Source: Bdellovibrionales bacterium
Lineage (GTDB): Bacteria; Bdellovibrionota; Bdellovibrionia; Bdellovibrionales; JAGQZY01
Assembly: GCA_031426555.1 (NCBI GenBank)
Contig: JANPLN010000030.1
Coordinates: 87,792 to 151,791, forward strand
Direction: 5' to 3'
DNA length: 64,000 nt
Position numbers and translations under genes: made by a program. Positions 30,186 through 39,934 of this stretch are shown here, one piece after another (within the stretch, counting starts at the first letter, position 1; every line of letters begins with the position of its first letter). The notes under the pieces were generated by a model, which ran no database searches, had not been told where the DNA came from, and was given only the letters and a program-made list of their open reading frames with translations.

Positions 30186-31541
30186 CTATTTCGTCAAGCT
30201 CAACGCCGCTGTGTTGAGAGAGGAAGATTTAATTGTGTTATCAGTAAACATTTCAAGCTTTCCGTCCGGCGCGATGCTGATCCACTGCTCGAGACTGCCA
30301 GTAAAGGCCTCTTGCAAGGTCATCGTCGCTACTTCAATCACTTCTGGCATTGTCGCTTTGGCTTTTTCTAAAGATAAAAATTCACTTTGATAATAAAGCC
30401 AGTTGTCTTGAATCAGGAAGCCTTCGCTGTAGATCGTATTGAGCATCGCCTGATACGCAGCAACCGAAGTCACCGTCGACATTCGATTGATTTCCTTGTT
30501 GATAAACTGACAAGATTTGGCGATGAGCGCAAGTGCCGGAGCTTTCTTTTCCCAAGGAATCGACGCAACAATGTTAGTTTTTAGGTCAGCTGTCACGGAC
30601 GAGAGAGCGAGTAGATTCTCGGGATTTATTCCTTGAGCAGCAAACGTTTGCGCCGCAGCTTCCACAGAAATGACGCCAGCCTGTTTTGCTAGAGCTATGA
30701 GTGCCTCGGGTGTGAAGTTGTAATAGCGACGAAGCAACACAAGGATCCGTTGCAAATAATTGTGGCCGTCTTTTTCATACCAAGGATTTTCGCGAAGGAA
30801 TCTTTCGATGCGACCTATCACATCCTCGCTGAGCTGATTATGAATGGTATTGCGAATTTTATAAAGTTCCAGAACTCGGCTGTCTTTTGTCCCATAGGTC
30901 GCAGAAAAGAAGTCATACACCTGTGTGATAAGGTTGCGCGCTTCCGCCAGCTCCGAAGAATCCGCGATGGGGCTTTCTTTAGCGAGCAAAAAAGCTGGAA
31001 GAAATTGATAATCATCATTGATAGAGCTCATGTAAAAATTAAAAAAGTGAGCCGCAAATTTGATCTCGTACTCCATTCCACTGATTCCGCGCATCGCAAA
31101 AGATCTAGCGAGTTTGGAGTCTGGGTAGATTTCCACGTAATAGCGTTCGAGAACCCAGTTTTTAACCATTTCCACAGCTCGCGGCATAGCTGCATTGGCG
31201 ACTGCCGCTAAGGCTTCGTTGTCGATACCGTGATTTGTGCTCAACGCATTCCCATACACAAATTCGCTGTTGAGTTCGTAATAATTGGTTGTGAACAGGT
31301 TGCCAGTGTACATTCCATACTGATCAACGAGCACACGTGCTTGGGCGTTACGAAAAGCAGAGGTAAATAGGTGACCTTTTGGAAAGACATCGTAGGCAGT
31401 TTGGCCCTTAGGTCCCTGGCTCACGTTGGAGCCAAACGGACCCTTGTTCTTTTCGAGAATCGCTTGAAAGTCAGACTGAAGATCGGCGCTGGCTAAATTG
31501 GCGCTGAAGAGAAGTGGTAACAGAAGTACGAGCTTCATCAT
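30186..31541 (-). CDS. Hypothetical exported alpha-helical protein
   Basis: Signal peptide ending ASA; GGAG RBS; tightly packed between neighbours. Confidence 0.8.
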   Translation of the reverse strand: MMKLVLLLPLLFSANLASADLQSDFQAILEKNKGPFGSNVSQGPKGQTAYDVFPKGHLFTSAFRNAQARVLVDQYGMYTGNLFTTNYYELNSEFVYGNALSTNHGIDNEALAAVANAAMPRAVEMVKNWVLERYYVEIYPDSKLARSFAMRGISGMEYEIKFAAHFFNFYMSSINDDYQFLPAFLLAKESPIADSSELAEARNLITQVYDFFSATYGTKDSRVLELYKIRNTIHNQLSEDVIGRIERFLRENPWYEKDGHNYLQRILVLLRRYYNFTPEALIALAKQAGVISVEAAAQTFAAQGINPENLLALSSVTADLKTNIVASIPWEKKAPALALIAKSCQFINKEINRMSTVTSVAAYQAMLNTIYSEGFLIQDNWLYYQSEFLSLEKAKATMPEVIEVATMTLQEAFTGSLEQWISIAPDGKLEMFTDNTIKSSSLNTAALSLTK

Positions 31542-31543
31542 GA

Positions 31544-33310
31544 TTATCTCCCGCCTAAAACTTTATTTTTTTCTTGCTCAAAAGCAGCTTCGCCACAGGC
31601 GTTTTTGTCGCTGTCGGGTGCGCAACCACGCACGCGGCCCATCAGGCGAATACGAATTTTATCGATACCTCTTACGGCGTAAAACTGAACTTTGTCTTGT
31701 TCGTAAACCTGCTCGTAGAGGGGATATTGGCCTTGCATCGCATACGAAGTTTTTGTGATTTTCTTTTTGTAATCGAGGTAGGAGGGGAAAGAAACTTCGG
31801 GATTGTTGAAAACAAACGAATTGCCACGTTTTTCAAAAACATTTTTCGAGCCATACAGTCCTTTGTAATAAGCTTCGCGACTATCTGCACTCAGTAATAG
31901 GTCCGCACCCTCGCGTTTATCTAATCCGTTGGAGCCTTTTGTGTCATAGGTGATTTGATACTCAACTCCCATGACTTCCAGTTCACTATCTCCGTTAATA
32001 TCATAGAGGTCGAAATCTGCTGAGTTGTTACCAAAGAAGTAAACCTGTTTCATTTTTTCATTCTCGACCGGCATAACGTGTCGCATTTCCCACACGTGAC
32101 CGAGCGACAACCGCAAGCAACCGCTGGAGACGCCTCCGCGTTTGACAGCCCAAAGCTGGGTGTGGTCTTCAGGGGCGCTGAGCGCTTCTCTCGTAGCTTT
32201 TGAAAAATTACTACCGTTGAAACGAACAGCTGGATTGTGGAATCCATTATGGATTTCTTCGAAATCCATTTTTGGTGCCCATCCGTAGTAAGGTTCATCA
32301 CGGATGTTATCAACATTTCGATTGCTATGGGCGAGGAACGTCCAGAGGCCAGGTGTTGCAAATTTGGGAATGTCGTTGCCGAAATTATCGTTTGTGGTGC
32401 CCTTAAACGAACCTGTCGGGTAGATTGCCGTGTATTCAGGATAATTTAGGCTACAGGATCCTTGTACGCAGGAAATTGCAGACGCCCACTTTCCGTTTTG
32501 ATCGATGATTTTGATTTGATATTTTACCCCAGTGGCCATGGCAAAAAGCTCTGTGGCCTGCGGAGCGAACTGCTCTGAAGAGTTCGACGCGAGGGCCTGA
32601 GTGGCGGTGGCCTGCAATTTGGCAAGCAGTGCACTGTTCGGCTGCTCAGTGATATTCACACGTCCCCAAACCAAACTATTCAGGGCAATGACTGTTTCTT
32701 CGGCAGTGGCAGTGAAAACAGATTCTGGTCTGCGGCCGTCGAGGAGGGAGGCAACGATTGTTTGCCATCGAGCGTATTCTTTATTGAGATCCAGGTCGAT
32801 CATAAACACGCGACCTGGGTTAAGCGCGATGATTGTTTCTAAGCTTTTTTGATAAAGTTGCTCTGCGGAAAGAGTGTCCTGCACTGAATTTTGAATGTTG
32901 TACTGAGACGAATTTACGATTTGTGAGAAGAGGTCCATTTGTGGAGTGACATCGCCGTTGACGTTCACATTCACAGCGGGTCGACTGCCGCTGGTTGCTT
33001 CTTTGTAAAAGGTGTCGCGATAAACGAGGTCGTACATGTAGTCTTTGATGGTCTGTTCGTCGAGGATCACCGAAACGCGTGTTTGGTTTCCGCGAGCTGT
33101 GCGAATGTGAATTCGCGAAGGATATTCACTGCGTGGTGCGAAGCCTACGTAAAAGCTTGGGTAGTAGCTCTCGGTGGCATCATTGCCTGGGTTCCAGCTG
33201 GTTCCCCAAAAGGGAAGTTGCTTCGCGTAGTCCTGAATTGTTTGAATTTGAGCAGCTGAAGCGACGAGGACGGTGGCGATGAAAAACTTTTTTAAAAGGG
33301 AAAAAAACAT
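31544..33310 (-). CDS. Hypothetical exported protein with an L,D-transpeptidase-like motif
   Basis: GGAG RBS; signal peptide; GFHNP...RGGVSSGCLRL resembles the YkuD (S/T)HGC(I/V)R motif. Confidence 0.6.
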   Translation of the reverse strand: MFFSLLKKFFIATVLVASAAQIQTIQDYAKQLPFWGTSWNPGNDATESYYPSFYVGFAPRSEYPSRIHIRTARGNQTRVSVILDEQTIKDYMYDLVYRDTFYKEATSGSRPAVNVNVNGDVTPQMDLFSQIVNSSQYNIQNSVQDTLSAEQLYQKSLETIIALNPGRVFMIDLDLNKEYARWQTIVASLLDGRRPESVFTATAEETVIALNSLVWGRVNITEQPNSALLAKLQATATQALASNSSEQFAPQATELFAMATGVKYQIKIIDQNGKWASAISCVQGSCSLNYPEYTAIYPTGSFKGTTNDNFGNDIPKFATPGLWTFLAHSNRNVDNIRDEPYYGWAPKMDFEEIHNGFHNPAVRFNGSNFSKATREALSAPEDHTQLWAVKRGGVSSGCLRLSLGHVWEMRHVMPVENEKMKQVYFFGNNSADFDLYDINGDSELEVMGVEYQITYDTKGSNGLDKREGADLLLSADSREAYYKGLYGSKNVFEKRGNSFVFNNPEVSFPSYLDYKKKITKTSYAMQGQYPLYEQVYEQDKVQFYAVRGIDKIRIRLMGRVRGCAPDSDKNACGEAAFEQEKNKVLGGR

Positions 33311-33493
33311 GATTTCTCCATGTTGCGGTTGGTTAATGCAGTTCGCGCAGTATTTAGCCGCACAAAGTCAAAAAAGATACAGCAAATTCAGCTTGAGAAT
33401 TTTTTTCAACGGACTGCGCCAGGGAGAATGAACCTTAATTTCAATAGGATATAGAGTTCGTCACCCGTGACCAGGGCGACTTATAGCAAGATT

Positions 33494-34039
33494 TTAATAG
33501 ATATTTTGCTCGGTTTCGTCGGTGGCCGAAAGGTAAATATCAAAGCCTCGGGCCTTGGCCAGTTGCAAAAATTTTTGCGCGAAAGTCTCGGGGTGCATGG
33601 CATAGTAAATTTGTAATGCACTGAATGCACTCGTATATTGCTCCAGCACGTCGACCTTGAAGTACTCTTTACCCGTGGCATAGCCGAAATTAAAAAGCAG
33701 CTTGTTGGGGCAAGCGGCATTGTAGGCCGCATTGTCGAAGCGGTAACCGGCAAACTCGGCAAACACCGAGAACGCAGCTCCGGAGGCCCAGCTCGCCACG
33801 TCCATCAACTCCCAATAAGTGTGCTCGGGCACGTAGGGCTTTGGTTTGAGATTGTGTTTCTCGAAGCTGATGGCAAAGCTCACTAGTTTTTCGTGATCGA
33901 ATTTTTGTTCATTTTCCCAGCGTATGAGCAACTGAATTTGAGTTGGGTTTAATTGATAGGCACTAGACCAATGGTTCTCTGTGGCGAAGCCAGATGTCGA
34001 AACTAAAAGACACAAAACAAACGTGGAAAAATTTAGCAA
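33494..34039 (-). CDS. Hypothetical secreted protein
   Basis: TTG start after AGGGG; signal peptide ending GFA. Confidence 0.6.
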   Translation of the reverse strand: MLNFSTFVLCLLVSTSGFATENHWSSAYQLNPTQIQLLIRWENEQKFDHEKLVSFAISFEKHNLKPKPYVPEHTYWELMDVASWASGAAFSVFAEFAGYRFDNAAYNAACPNKLLFNFGYATGKEYFKVDVLEQYTSAFSALQIYYAMHPETFAQKFLQLAKARGFDIYLSATDETEQNIY

Positions 34040-34207
34040 AACAGCCCCCTGTTTTAGATAGAACCCTTTAGCGCCCCCGCTGCGGAATTCTTTTTCATTG
34101 AGACTGGATGTAACACAATTCGCGTTAAATAAAGCAAAAATTATGGCTTTCAGCTATGCAGCGAAAAAAATTCAATTTATAGCTAGTGGTAAGAGTGAGG
34201 TGAAGGC

Positions 34208-34786
34208 GTGAAAAAAAAGTTATTCGTAGTCTATATTGGCGGCAGTACAACCCAATCTTTAATTGAGCTGCACGACATGCGCTTTGTGCTGGCAGAAACC
34301 ATCGAAGATACTTTTGAGACGTTAAAAAAAACCTGGTGGGGTGTTCCCGAAAGTTTGCATCTGGACTGCTGGGGGGCGCTGGAGTCGACCGATGGCCACA
34401 AGATTGATGTGGTCGAAACGCCGGTCCAGGCTTCCAAAAAGTTGTACTTTATAAATCTTGGCGCCTATTCCTCGCAGGAGTTTACCGAAGTCCATCGCAA
34501 TTTGTTTTTGGTGGCAGAAACCGAGGCCGAAGCTAAAAAGCGCGCGGTGGCCTCCATTCGAGACTTCGAGCAGGGTCACAAGGACTACTTGTACGAAGTG
34601 GATTCGGCCATTTGTTTAAGCCAGATCGTCAGCAGTCATATGGATGGTAACCAGTTTTTGCATTTGCAGTTGAGTCCGGAGGAGAACTTACCAAAGTTTA
34701 AATTCAACTATGGGTACGTTCCAATTGGTAAAGCAAAAGGCCTCACCGGTCGAGAAGCCTCGGGAGAAGCGGTTGTGACGAAATAG
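34208..34786 (+). CDS. DUF1543 domain protein
   Basis: LFVVYIGG...IELHD..FV, LHLDCW, LYFINLGAY...FTEVH, HKD (two-repeat layout). Confidence 0.85.
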   Translation: MKKKLFVVYIGGSTTQSLIELHDMRFVLAETIEDTFETLKKTWWGVPESLHLDCWGALESTDGHKIDVVETPVQASKKLYFINLGAYSSQEFTEVHRNLFLVAETEAEAKKRAVASIRDFEQGHKDYLYEVDSAICLSQIVSSHMDGNQFLHLQLSPEENLPKFKFNYGYVPIGKAKGLTGREASGEAVVTK

Positions 34787-34894
34787 AGGGTTTGATTTTT
34801 TAAAAAGTTCTGTTACGCTGGTTTTTCGGTTGCACTCTGTGCAGCTAATAACAGTCGCTCAAAGGTTGGAGCGCTACACATCAAGGAGCTGATT

Positions 34895-35278
34895 ATGAAA
34901 AGCCTATCTTTTTTAGTTTTCACGTTATTACTTACCAACGCTTTTGCCGAAACGGGTTGTGATTCGGACGCGAATTACCCAGAAGTTTCCAAGGCCGAAT
35001 TGCAAAAAATGATCGATGAGAAGAAAGCGGTTATATTCGACGTAAATTCCAAGGCGTCTTTTGATAAACAACGCATTCCGGGCGCCGTGCATTTTGACTC
35101 GCAAAAAAACATCGCTGACGTTTTACCAAAAAGCAAAGATGCGCTGATTGTTGCCTACTGTGGTGGCACGATGTGCACAGCCTGGAAAAAAGCGGCCATG
35201 GCAGCTTGTAAATTAAACTACAAAAATATCAAACACTTTAAACCCGGCATTACAGGCTGGGTTCAGAAAGACGTTTAA
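34895..35278 (+). CDS. Exported rhodanese-like domain protein
   Basis: Signal peptide; IFDVN, RIPGA, IVAYCGGTMC, GITGW. Confidence 0.88.
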   Translation: MKSLSFLVFTLLLTNAFAETGCDSDANYPEVSKAELQKMIDEKKAVIFDVNSKASFDKQRIPGAVHFDSQKNIADVLPKSKDALIVAYCGGTMCTAWKKAAMAACKLNYKNIKHFKPGITGWVQKDV

Positions 35279-35280
35279 GC

Positions 35281-35949
35281 ATGGTGCGACGTCTTCTACT
35301 TTATTTTGCAGTGGTTTTTGTCATCGTGATTTTAGCCACTTCATTCAATCGGTTTGTTATCGACAAAAAGAAAACCGTGAACGAAGTGATGGTTGAGACC
35401 TCGGACTATTTTAAAACCAGCGAAGAAGAAAAGTTTAAGACGGAGCCGAAACTTGCTCGCGCAACCGCAACTACAGAGATTGATGGCGTCGAGCCCAAAT
35501 TTAAAAGATGGTTTGGTGAAGAAACCAGCCAGATGGGCTCCACGCAATTAAATAGCGGACAAAAAGAAACTGAACTCCGACAAAAAGCGAAATCTTTTAC
35601 GGCCCGTCAGATTCAGTTTTTAAAAAATAAAATCACAGATTCGACCTCTACCCAAGACGAGAAAATACTTTCCACTTATCTGCTATCCATCGCGGGCGAC
35701 GTTGAGAGTTTGAGCGAAGTGGCTTCGCAATCGTTAAAGGTGGAGTCGGCGGAACCCCATTCCCTGCAAGAAATTCAGAACAACCAAGAGCGCGCGAGGG
35801 CCATTATCGCCATCGATGCCATCGCTGAAAGTGGTCGCTCATTGAGTGTGCGAATTGATGAGCTTAGCAAAGTGATCAATAAACAAAATGATGTGACTGT
35901 AAAAAACTACGCGCAGCGTAAGCAGTCTGAACTTCAATCTGAGCTCTAA
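35281..35949 (+). CDS. Hypothetical membrane-anchored helical protein
   Basis: N-terminal TM, helical C-terminus; 2 nt after the rhodanese gene. Confidence 0.7.
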   Translation: MVRRLLLYFAVVFVIVILATSFNRFVIDKKKTVNEVMVETSDYFKTSEEEKFKTEPKLARATATTEIDGVEPKFKRWFGEETSQMGSTQLNSGQKETELRQKAKSFTARQIQFLKNKITDSTSTQDEKILSTYLLSIAGDVESLSEVASQSLKVESAEPHSLQEIQNNQERARAIIAIDAIAESGRSLSVRIDELSKVINKQNDVTVKNYAQRKQSELQSEL

Positions 35950-36050
35950 AGCCTTTCCTTCGAAGTTGCCTCAATAAAATACTACTTGTCCTAGGGCTGG
36001 TTTTCTGTGACCCTATTTAGAGTCTTCTATGGATAGAAGAGGGGGATCAA

Positions 36051-37427
36051 ATGGATTTATCAAAACGAGTCCTATTCGGACTATTCTTTATTGCTCAATT
36101 AATAACAACCAGTGTTCACGCCGCCGACTGCATCTCAGCCGCCGACATGTCTGAAATTGCAAAAAAGTTCACGCAGTTTCAAAACTTAGCCGGCAAAGAG
36201 TATTGCTACGACAACTCAGATATTTCACGCTTGATGGCGGGAATTATGTTTATGCGCGAAACCACATTCGATGCGTCGATGCCGGCGAGCAAAGATCAGG
36301 TGTTCTCTGGAAAATTCGCCACCAACTGGTGGACCTATTTTACGGGGCGAATCAATAAGTTCAACATTCAAGCCAACTGTCCTAAAGGGGCTGGCGCTTT
36401 TGTGATGCCAAACTTTGGCAGCAAGACTATGTATGTGTGCCCGTTGATGCTTTCGGATGCGTTTACGGCGCTAGATAGTGCCAGCGTATACATGCACGAA
36501 GCGCGACATATCGATGGCTTTCCGCACACCACGTGTACAAACGGTCCTCGCAAGGGGCTTCAAGGAGCCTGCGACACGCGAATTACAGACGCAGGATCCT
36601 ATGCTGTGACTGTTGAAACCTATGCACAGATCGCGCGCTACTCGCAAAATGTACATCCAGCACAGAAAGCTTATTCCAAGGCGTCGGCCTTGGTTTACGC
36701 CTTTGAAGCGTTTGAATATCCGGTGACCATTCATTTTTCGCCAGATTTCTTAGTGCTGAATAAAGATCGCGGATTTCATAAAATCGATTTTGATCAAGGA
36801 AGTACAAAAATCACCAAGCTTGGCTCGGCTCCACACCTTGGACAGATCATGATCCGCCGTGATTATTATGTACTTTTTCCAGATGATAAAACCCTTCCAG
36901 CCGCGTATGTTTTTACCCAAGATGAAGGCGAGCTCACTCAGTCTGCTGGGGCCGACGCCATCGAGTACAATGGTCAAACGCCTGCCGAAAAAGCAAAACT
37001 AGTGGGGATTCACTACGGCGGCATGTGGTCAGCCCGAGTTACCAACGACAAAGTTCGTTTTGTATGTGACCCCTACGGCAGTGGCACCAAGGTGGAACAG
37101 GCGATCACTGGTGGAACTCCCACTTCGATTGTTTACCCCAATGGCTACGACAAGCTAAGCTTGGTGGCTTACCTACAAATGGACAATGGGTCCATCGTCG
37201 AGTTTGGCTGCGATGCTAAAAAGAATCCTTACATGAAAACCTCTGGCCTTCAGTATGACCAGGCCTTTAAACGAATTTATAAATCTGGTAGCGTTACTTT
37301 AGGGCTGACAGAAGACGGACTTCTTTATCAGTTGCAAAATGGCGTATCCACGCCCCTTACGACACCGTTTGATGGCCAAATTCACGAGCTAATAGCGAAT
37401 AAAACCTATAGTTTTTTTGATCTGTAA
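36051..37427 (+). CDS. Secreted protein with HExxH motif (putative zinc metallopeptidase) and beta-rich C-terminus
   Basis: Signal peptide ending VHA; YMHEARHIDGFPH; multiple Cys. Confidence 0.65.
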   Translation: MDLSKRVLFGLFFIAQLITTSVHAADCISAADMSEIAKKFTQFQNLAGKEYCYDNSDISRLMAGIMFMRETTFDASMPASKDQVFSGKFATNWWTYFTGRINKFNIQANCPKGAGAFVMPNFGSKTMYVCPLMLSDAFTALDSASVYMHEARHIDGFPHTTCTNGPRKGLQGACDTRITDAGSYAVTVETYAQIARYSQNVHPAQKAYSKASALVYAFEAFEYPVTIHFSPDFLVLNKDRGFHKIDFDQGSTKITKLGSAPHLGQIMIRRDYYVLFPDDKTLPAAYVFTQDEGELTQSAGADAIEYNGQTPAEKAKLVGIHYGGMWSARVTNDKVRFVCDPYGSGTKVEQAITGGTPTSIVYPNGYDKLSLVAYLQMDNGSIVEFGCDAKKNPYMKTSGLQYDQAFKRIYKSGSVTLGLTEDGLLYQLQNGVSTPLTTPFDGQIHELIANKTYSFFDL

Positions 37428-37436
37428 GGAGACAAA

Positions 37437-37904
37437 ATGATAAAAGCAATACTAGTGACAACTCTATTTCTAAGCCAAACAGTGGGGATGGCAGCGCCAA
37501 TTCAAGCCATGAACCTAAAAGATTTTAAAATGACCAGCATCAACAGCCAAATGACTGAGCTTGTTTACAAAGGTGAAACTCTCACTGTAGAGCGCGTTGG
37601 CAATACGCATTTTAAATTGAACGGCAAAGATGTTATTTTTAAAAACACCGACACCCTTGAAGCTGTTTATGACAAAACACAAGCGGCTTACAGAGCTGGC
37701 GGCAAAAAATCAGCAGCGCTTGAGGAAATCTTTATTCCTCGCGCCCACGCCGTACCACCACCATTATTCTTGCTCCTCTTCGGTGGCATGATCGGTGGCG
37801 CTATTGGACATGCTTCGGGCCAAAGACAATGTGAAAAGGAAGCTGGTGGTTCTGGAACTTCACCGAGTTACCGAGAGCCTTTGGATGTCCCTGTTACACA
37901 ATAA
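37437..37904 (+). CDS. Hypothetical secreted protein with a C-terminal Gly-rich hydrophobic segment
   Basis: TAAGGAG RBS; signal peptide; IFIPRAHA followed by LLLFGGMIGGAIG. Confidence 0.7.
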   Translation: MIKAILVTTLFLSQTVGMAAPIQAMNLKDFKMTSINSQMTELVYKGETLTVERVGNTHFKLNGKDVIFKNTDTLEAVYDKTQAAYRAGGKKSAALEEIFIPRAHAVPPPLFLLLFGGMIGGAIGHASGQRQCEKEAGGSGTSPSYREPLDVPVTQ

Positions 37905-37910
37905 AATAAC

Positions 37911-39863
37911 TCAATCGGCCACCGGGCCGATTTCTTTATGCAGTCTTAAATCAAAGCTGCGATCATTAATTGTATTGAGAATATGTTCCACTTCTTTGTA
38001 GAGGTGGGACATTCCCGCTGAATGGCTAACCACTTCGATGGTCGGTGTGTCTTTGGCGCCGATGGTGAGCGTGGCCTCTACCAGGGATCGAATTTGTTCC
38101 TGCGGGAGAAGAGTTAAGATAAATCCTGCCCCCAAATCCTGAAACAATGGGTTTTTTCGGAGTGAGCTAAAGGCCTTCACGGCCACTTCCACTGTAGTTC
38201 CATGATTAAAAATCAAAGTCAGGCGACGAGCGATGGTCGCGGAGTCTTTGGTAAAACGATTAAGCCCATCGTCAGGTTTACCGCCACCAGTGGTGGAGAG
38301 TTCATTTTTGTAGGGATAGCGCCGGATATAGTTTTGCAAAAGAGTCATGAGTTGGGCTTCGCTGAAATTTTTCTGTCGGAGAAGCGCCACTGAACGCGCA
38401 TCAAAAATCATTTCAACTTTAGAGTAAGCTAACTGCTTGGTGTGCACATACTGCGACCAATCGATGTTCGAAAAAAACTGCGGGTATTGGTACTCCAGGT
38501 CTCGGCGGAAGGTGCGGATCTCGTTAATCAGCGTGCCCTTTCCTAAGAACTTTTTATCCTTAAAAGAGCGAATCAGTACTAGGTCCGAGATTGCCACCGG
38601 CTTTAAGGATAGGGGGTTTTGTGGGTTTTCTCGTTGGGCGCGAAAAAGAGTGTTCACTTCGAGCGAATGTTCTTCGTCGAAGAGGCCAAAAAGAAAGTTA
38701 AACTCCTGCTGCTTTTGTGTGCCCAAATAAAAGTAATCTTCGGTGGCGTCTTGATCATTGAAAGAACGAACTCCGGTGGTGGCGTGATAAACCTCTTTGT
38801 CCACATCCCAGAGCTTAAAACATCCAGAGCCGATAGAGATTTTTCTAAAATCCGTCAGCGTTCGTCCTTTAAACTCCCGTTGCACGATTCGATACTCGGG
38901 AGCTGCCTCGAGTTTTTCTTTTTGGTAGGCATCATCGATGATTTGCGCGTAATCCCAAACCGAGGTGTAAAACTGCTCGGGAGTTTGAAACAGTCGCAAG
39001 TGGTTAAGGACGTCCATGCTGAGGACTTTTTCAAAAAAGCGATTGTAGGTGTTTTCTCCAAGGGGGGAATCAAGAAAAAAAACATAGTCCACCATCATGC
39101 TGTCCACCGGGAGTTTATTGGTAGCGGTTTTTTCGCCTTCGATGGAAATCAAATCACAACGAAAGAGTTTGTTTAAAACGTTATCAACAAAACCTAAGCC
39201 GAAGTTGAGAGAGGTGAGGGGAGTGAGACTGGTTTTTGCTCCGAAGGAGCCCATGTTGCGAGTGGCGACCATGCGCACACGAACACGCGACTGATCCACG
39301 CGATACACATCGATGACATAACGAGTGCCTTTGCGAATGGCGCCGCTGAACTGGGCTGGGAACGTGCCAAGGCCGGTATTTGCAATATGCAAGAAACTCG
39401 CTCCGATATGGCCATCGGTAGCGAGCTCAAGCCGTGCCGCCGAACCACGTGCCAGCGTGCGCAGAGCTGTTTCTGCAGTGAAGGGAAACGTGCGCGGAGA
39501 TTTTGGCGTGGCAAAAAGGGCTTGATGCTTCCGATTGAAAAGTCGCGAGAAGGAGATTTGCGCTTCTGCAGAACGGCCGGCGCCCAGGGGCTGACCGATA
39601 TAGGCTCCTAGTTTTAGGCCATAACTATCTATGCGCTGATGGCGATCCTGCACATAGGCTGGCATGATCGTGTAGCTGTAGCCAATTTGCCCAGACAACG
39701 AGGACAGGCTGCCCACGTTGATTCCCGTTTTGAGTTTGGGGTTGGCTTTGAGAGTGGCGTCGTCCCACTCCTCTTGTATCTGTTCGGTGATGTTTTGCAA
39801 AATCTCCGCAGAGGAAGTGGAGAGAAAGACTATTAAGGACAAAAAGATCAAAACTCGCATCAT
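37911..39863 (-). CDS. Hypothetical secreted protein
   Basis: Signal peptide ending SSA; 650 aa ORF. Confidence 0.75.
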   Translation of the reverse strand: MMRVLIFLSLIVFLSTSSAEILQNITEQIQEEWDDATLKANPKLKTGINVGSLSSLSGQIGYSYTIMPAYVQDRHQRIDSYGLKLGAYIGQPLGAGRSAEAQISFSRLFNRKHQALFATPKSPRTFPFTAETALRTLARGSAARLELATDGHIGASFLHIANTGLGTFPAQFSGAIRKGTRYVIDVYRVDQSRVRVRMVATRNMGSFGAKTSLTPLTSLNFGLGFVDNVLNKLFRCDLISIEGEKTATNKLPVDSMMVDYVFFLDSPLGENTYNRFFEKVLSMDVLNHLRLFQTPEQFYTSVWDYAQIIDDAYQKEKLEAAPEYRIVQREFKGRTLTDFRKISIGSGCFKLWDVDKEVYHATTGVRSFNDQDATEDYFYLGTQKQQEFNFLFGLFDEEHSLEVNTLFRAQRENPQNPLSLKPVAISDLVLIRSFKDKKFLGKGTLINEIRTFRRDLEYQYPQFFSNIDWSQYVHTKQLAYSKVEMIFDARSVALLRQKNFSEAQLMTLLQNYIRRYPYKNELSTTGGGKPDDGLNRFTKDSATIARRLTLIFNHGTTVEVAVKAFSSLRKNPLFQDLGAGFILTLLPQEQIRSLVEATLTIGAKDTPTIEVVSHSAGMSHLYKEVEHILNTINDRSFDLRLHKEIGPVAD

Positions 39864-39934
39864 GGCCCCCCATTTTGGGTTTGAGGGCGCAGACTACGTT
39901 ACCCACCTTCTTTTAACAAGAGGGTGGGAAGAGC

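Noticed and set aside
30176..30188. In-frame TAG between the 451-aa gene and the dikinase, suggesting stop-codon readthrough fusion
   Set aside because: The downstream gene has its own RBS-like AGGTGG, ATG and complete signal peptide, so two separate proteins is the simpler reading
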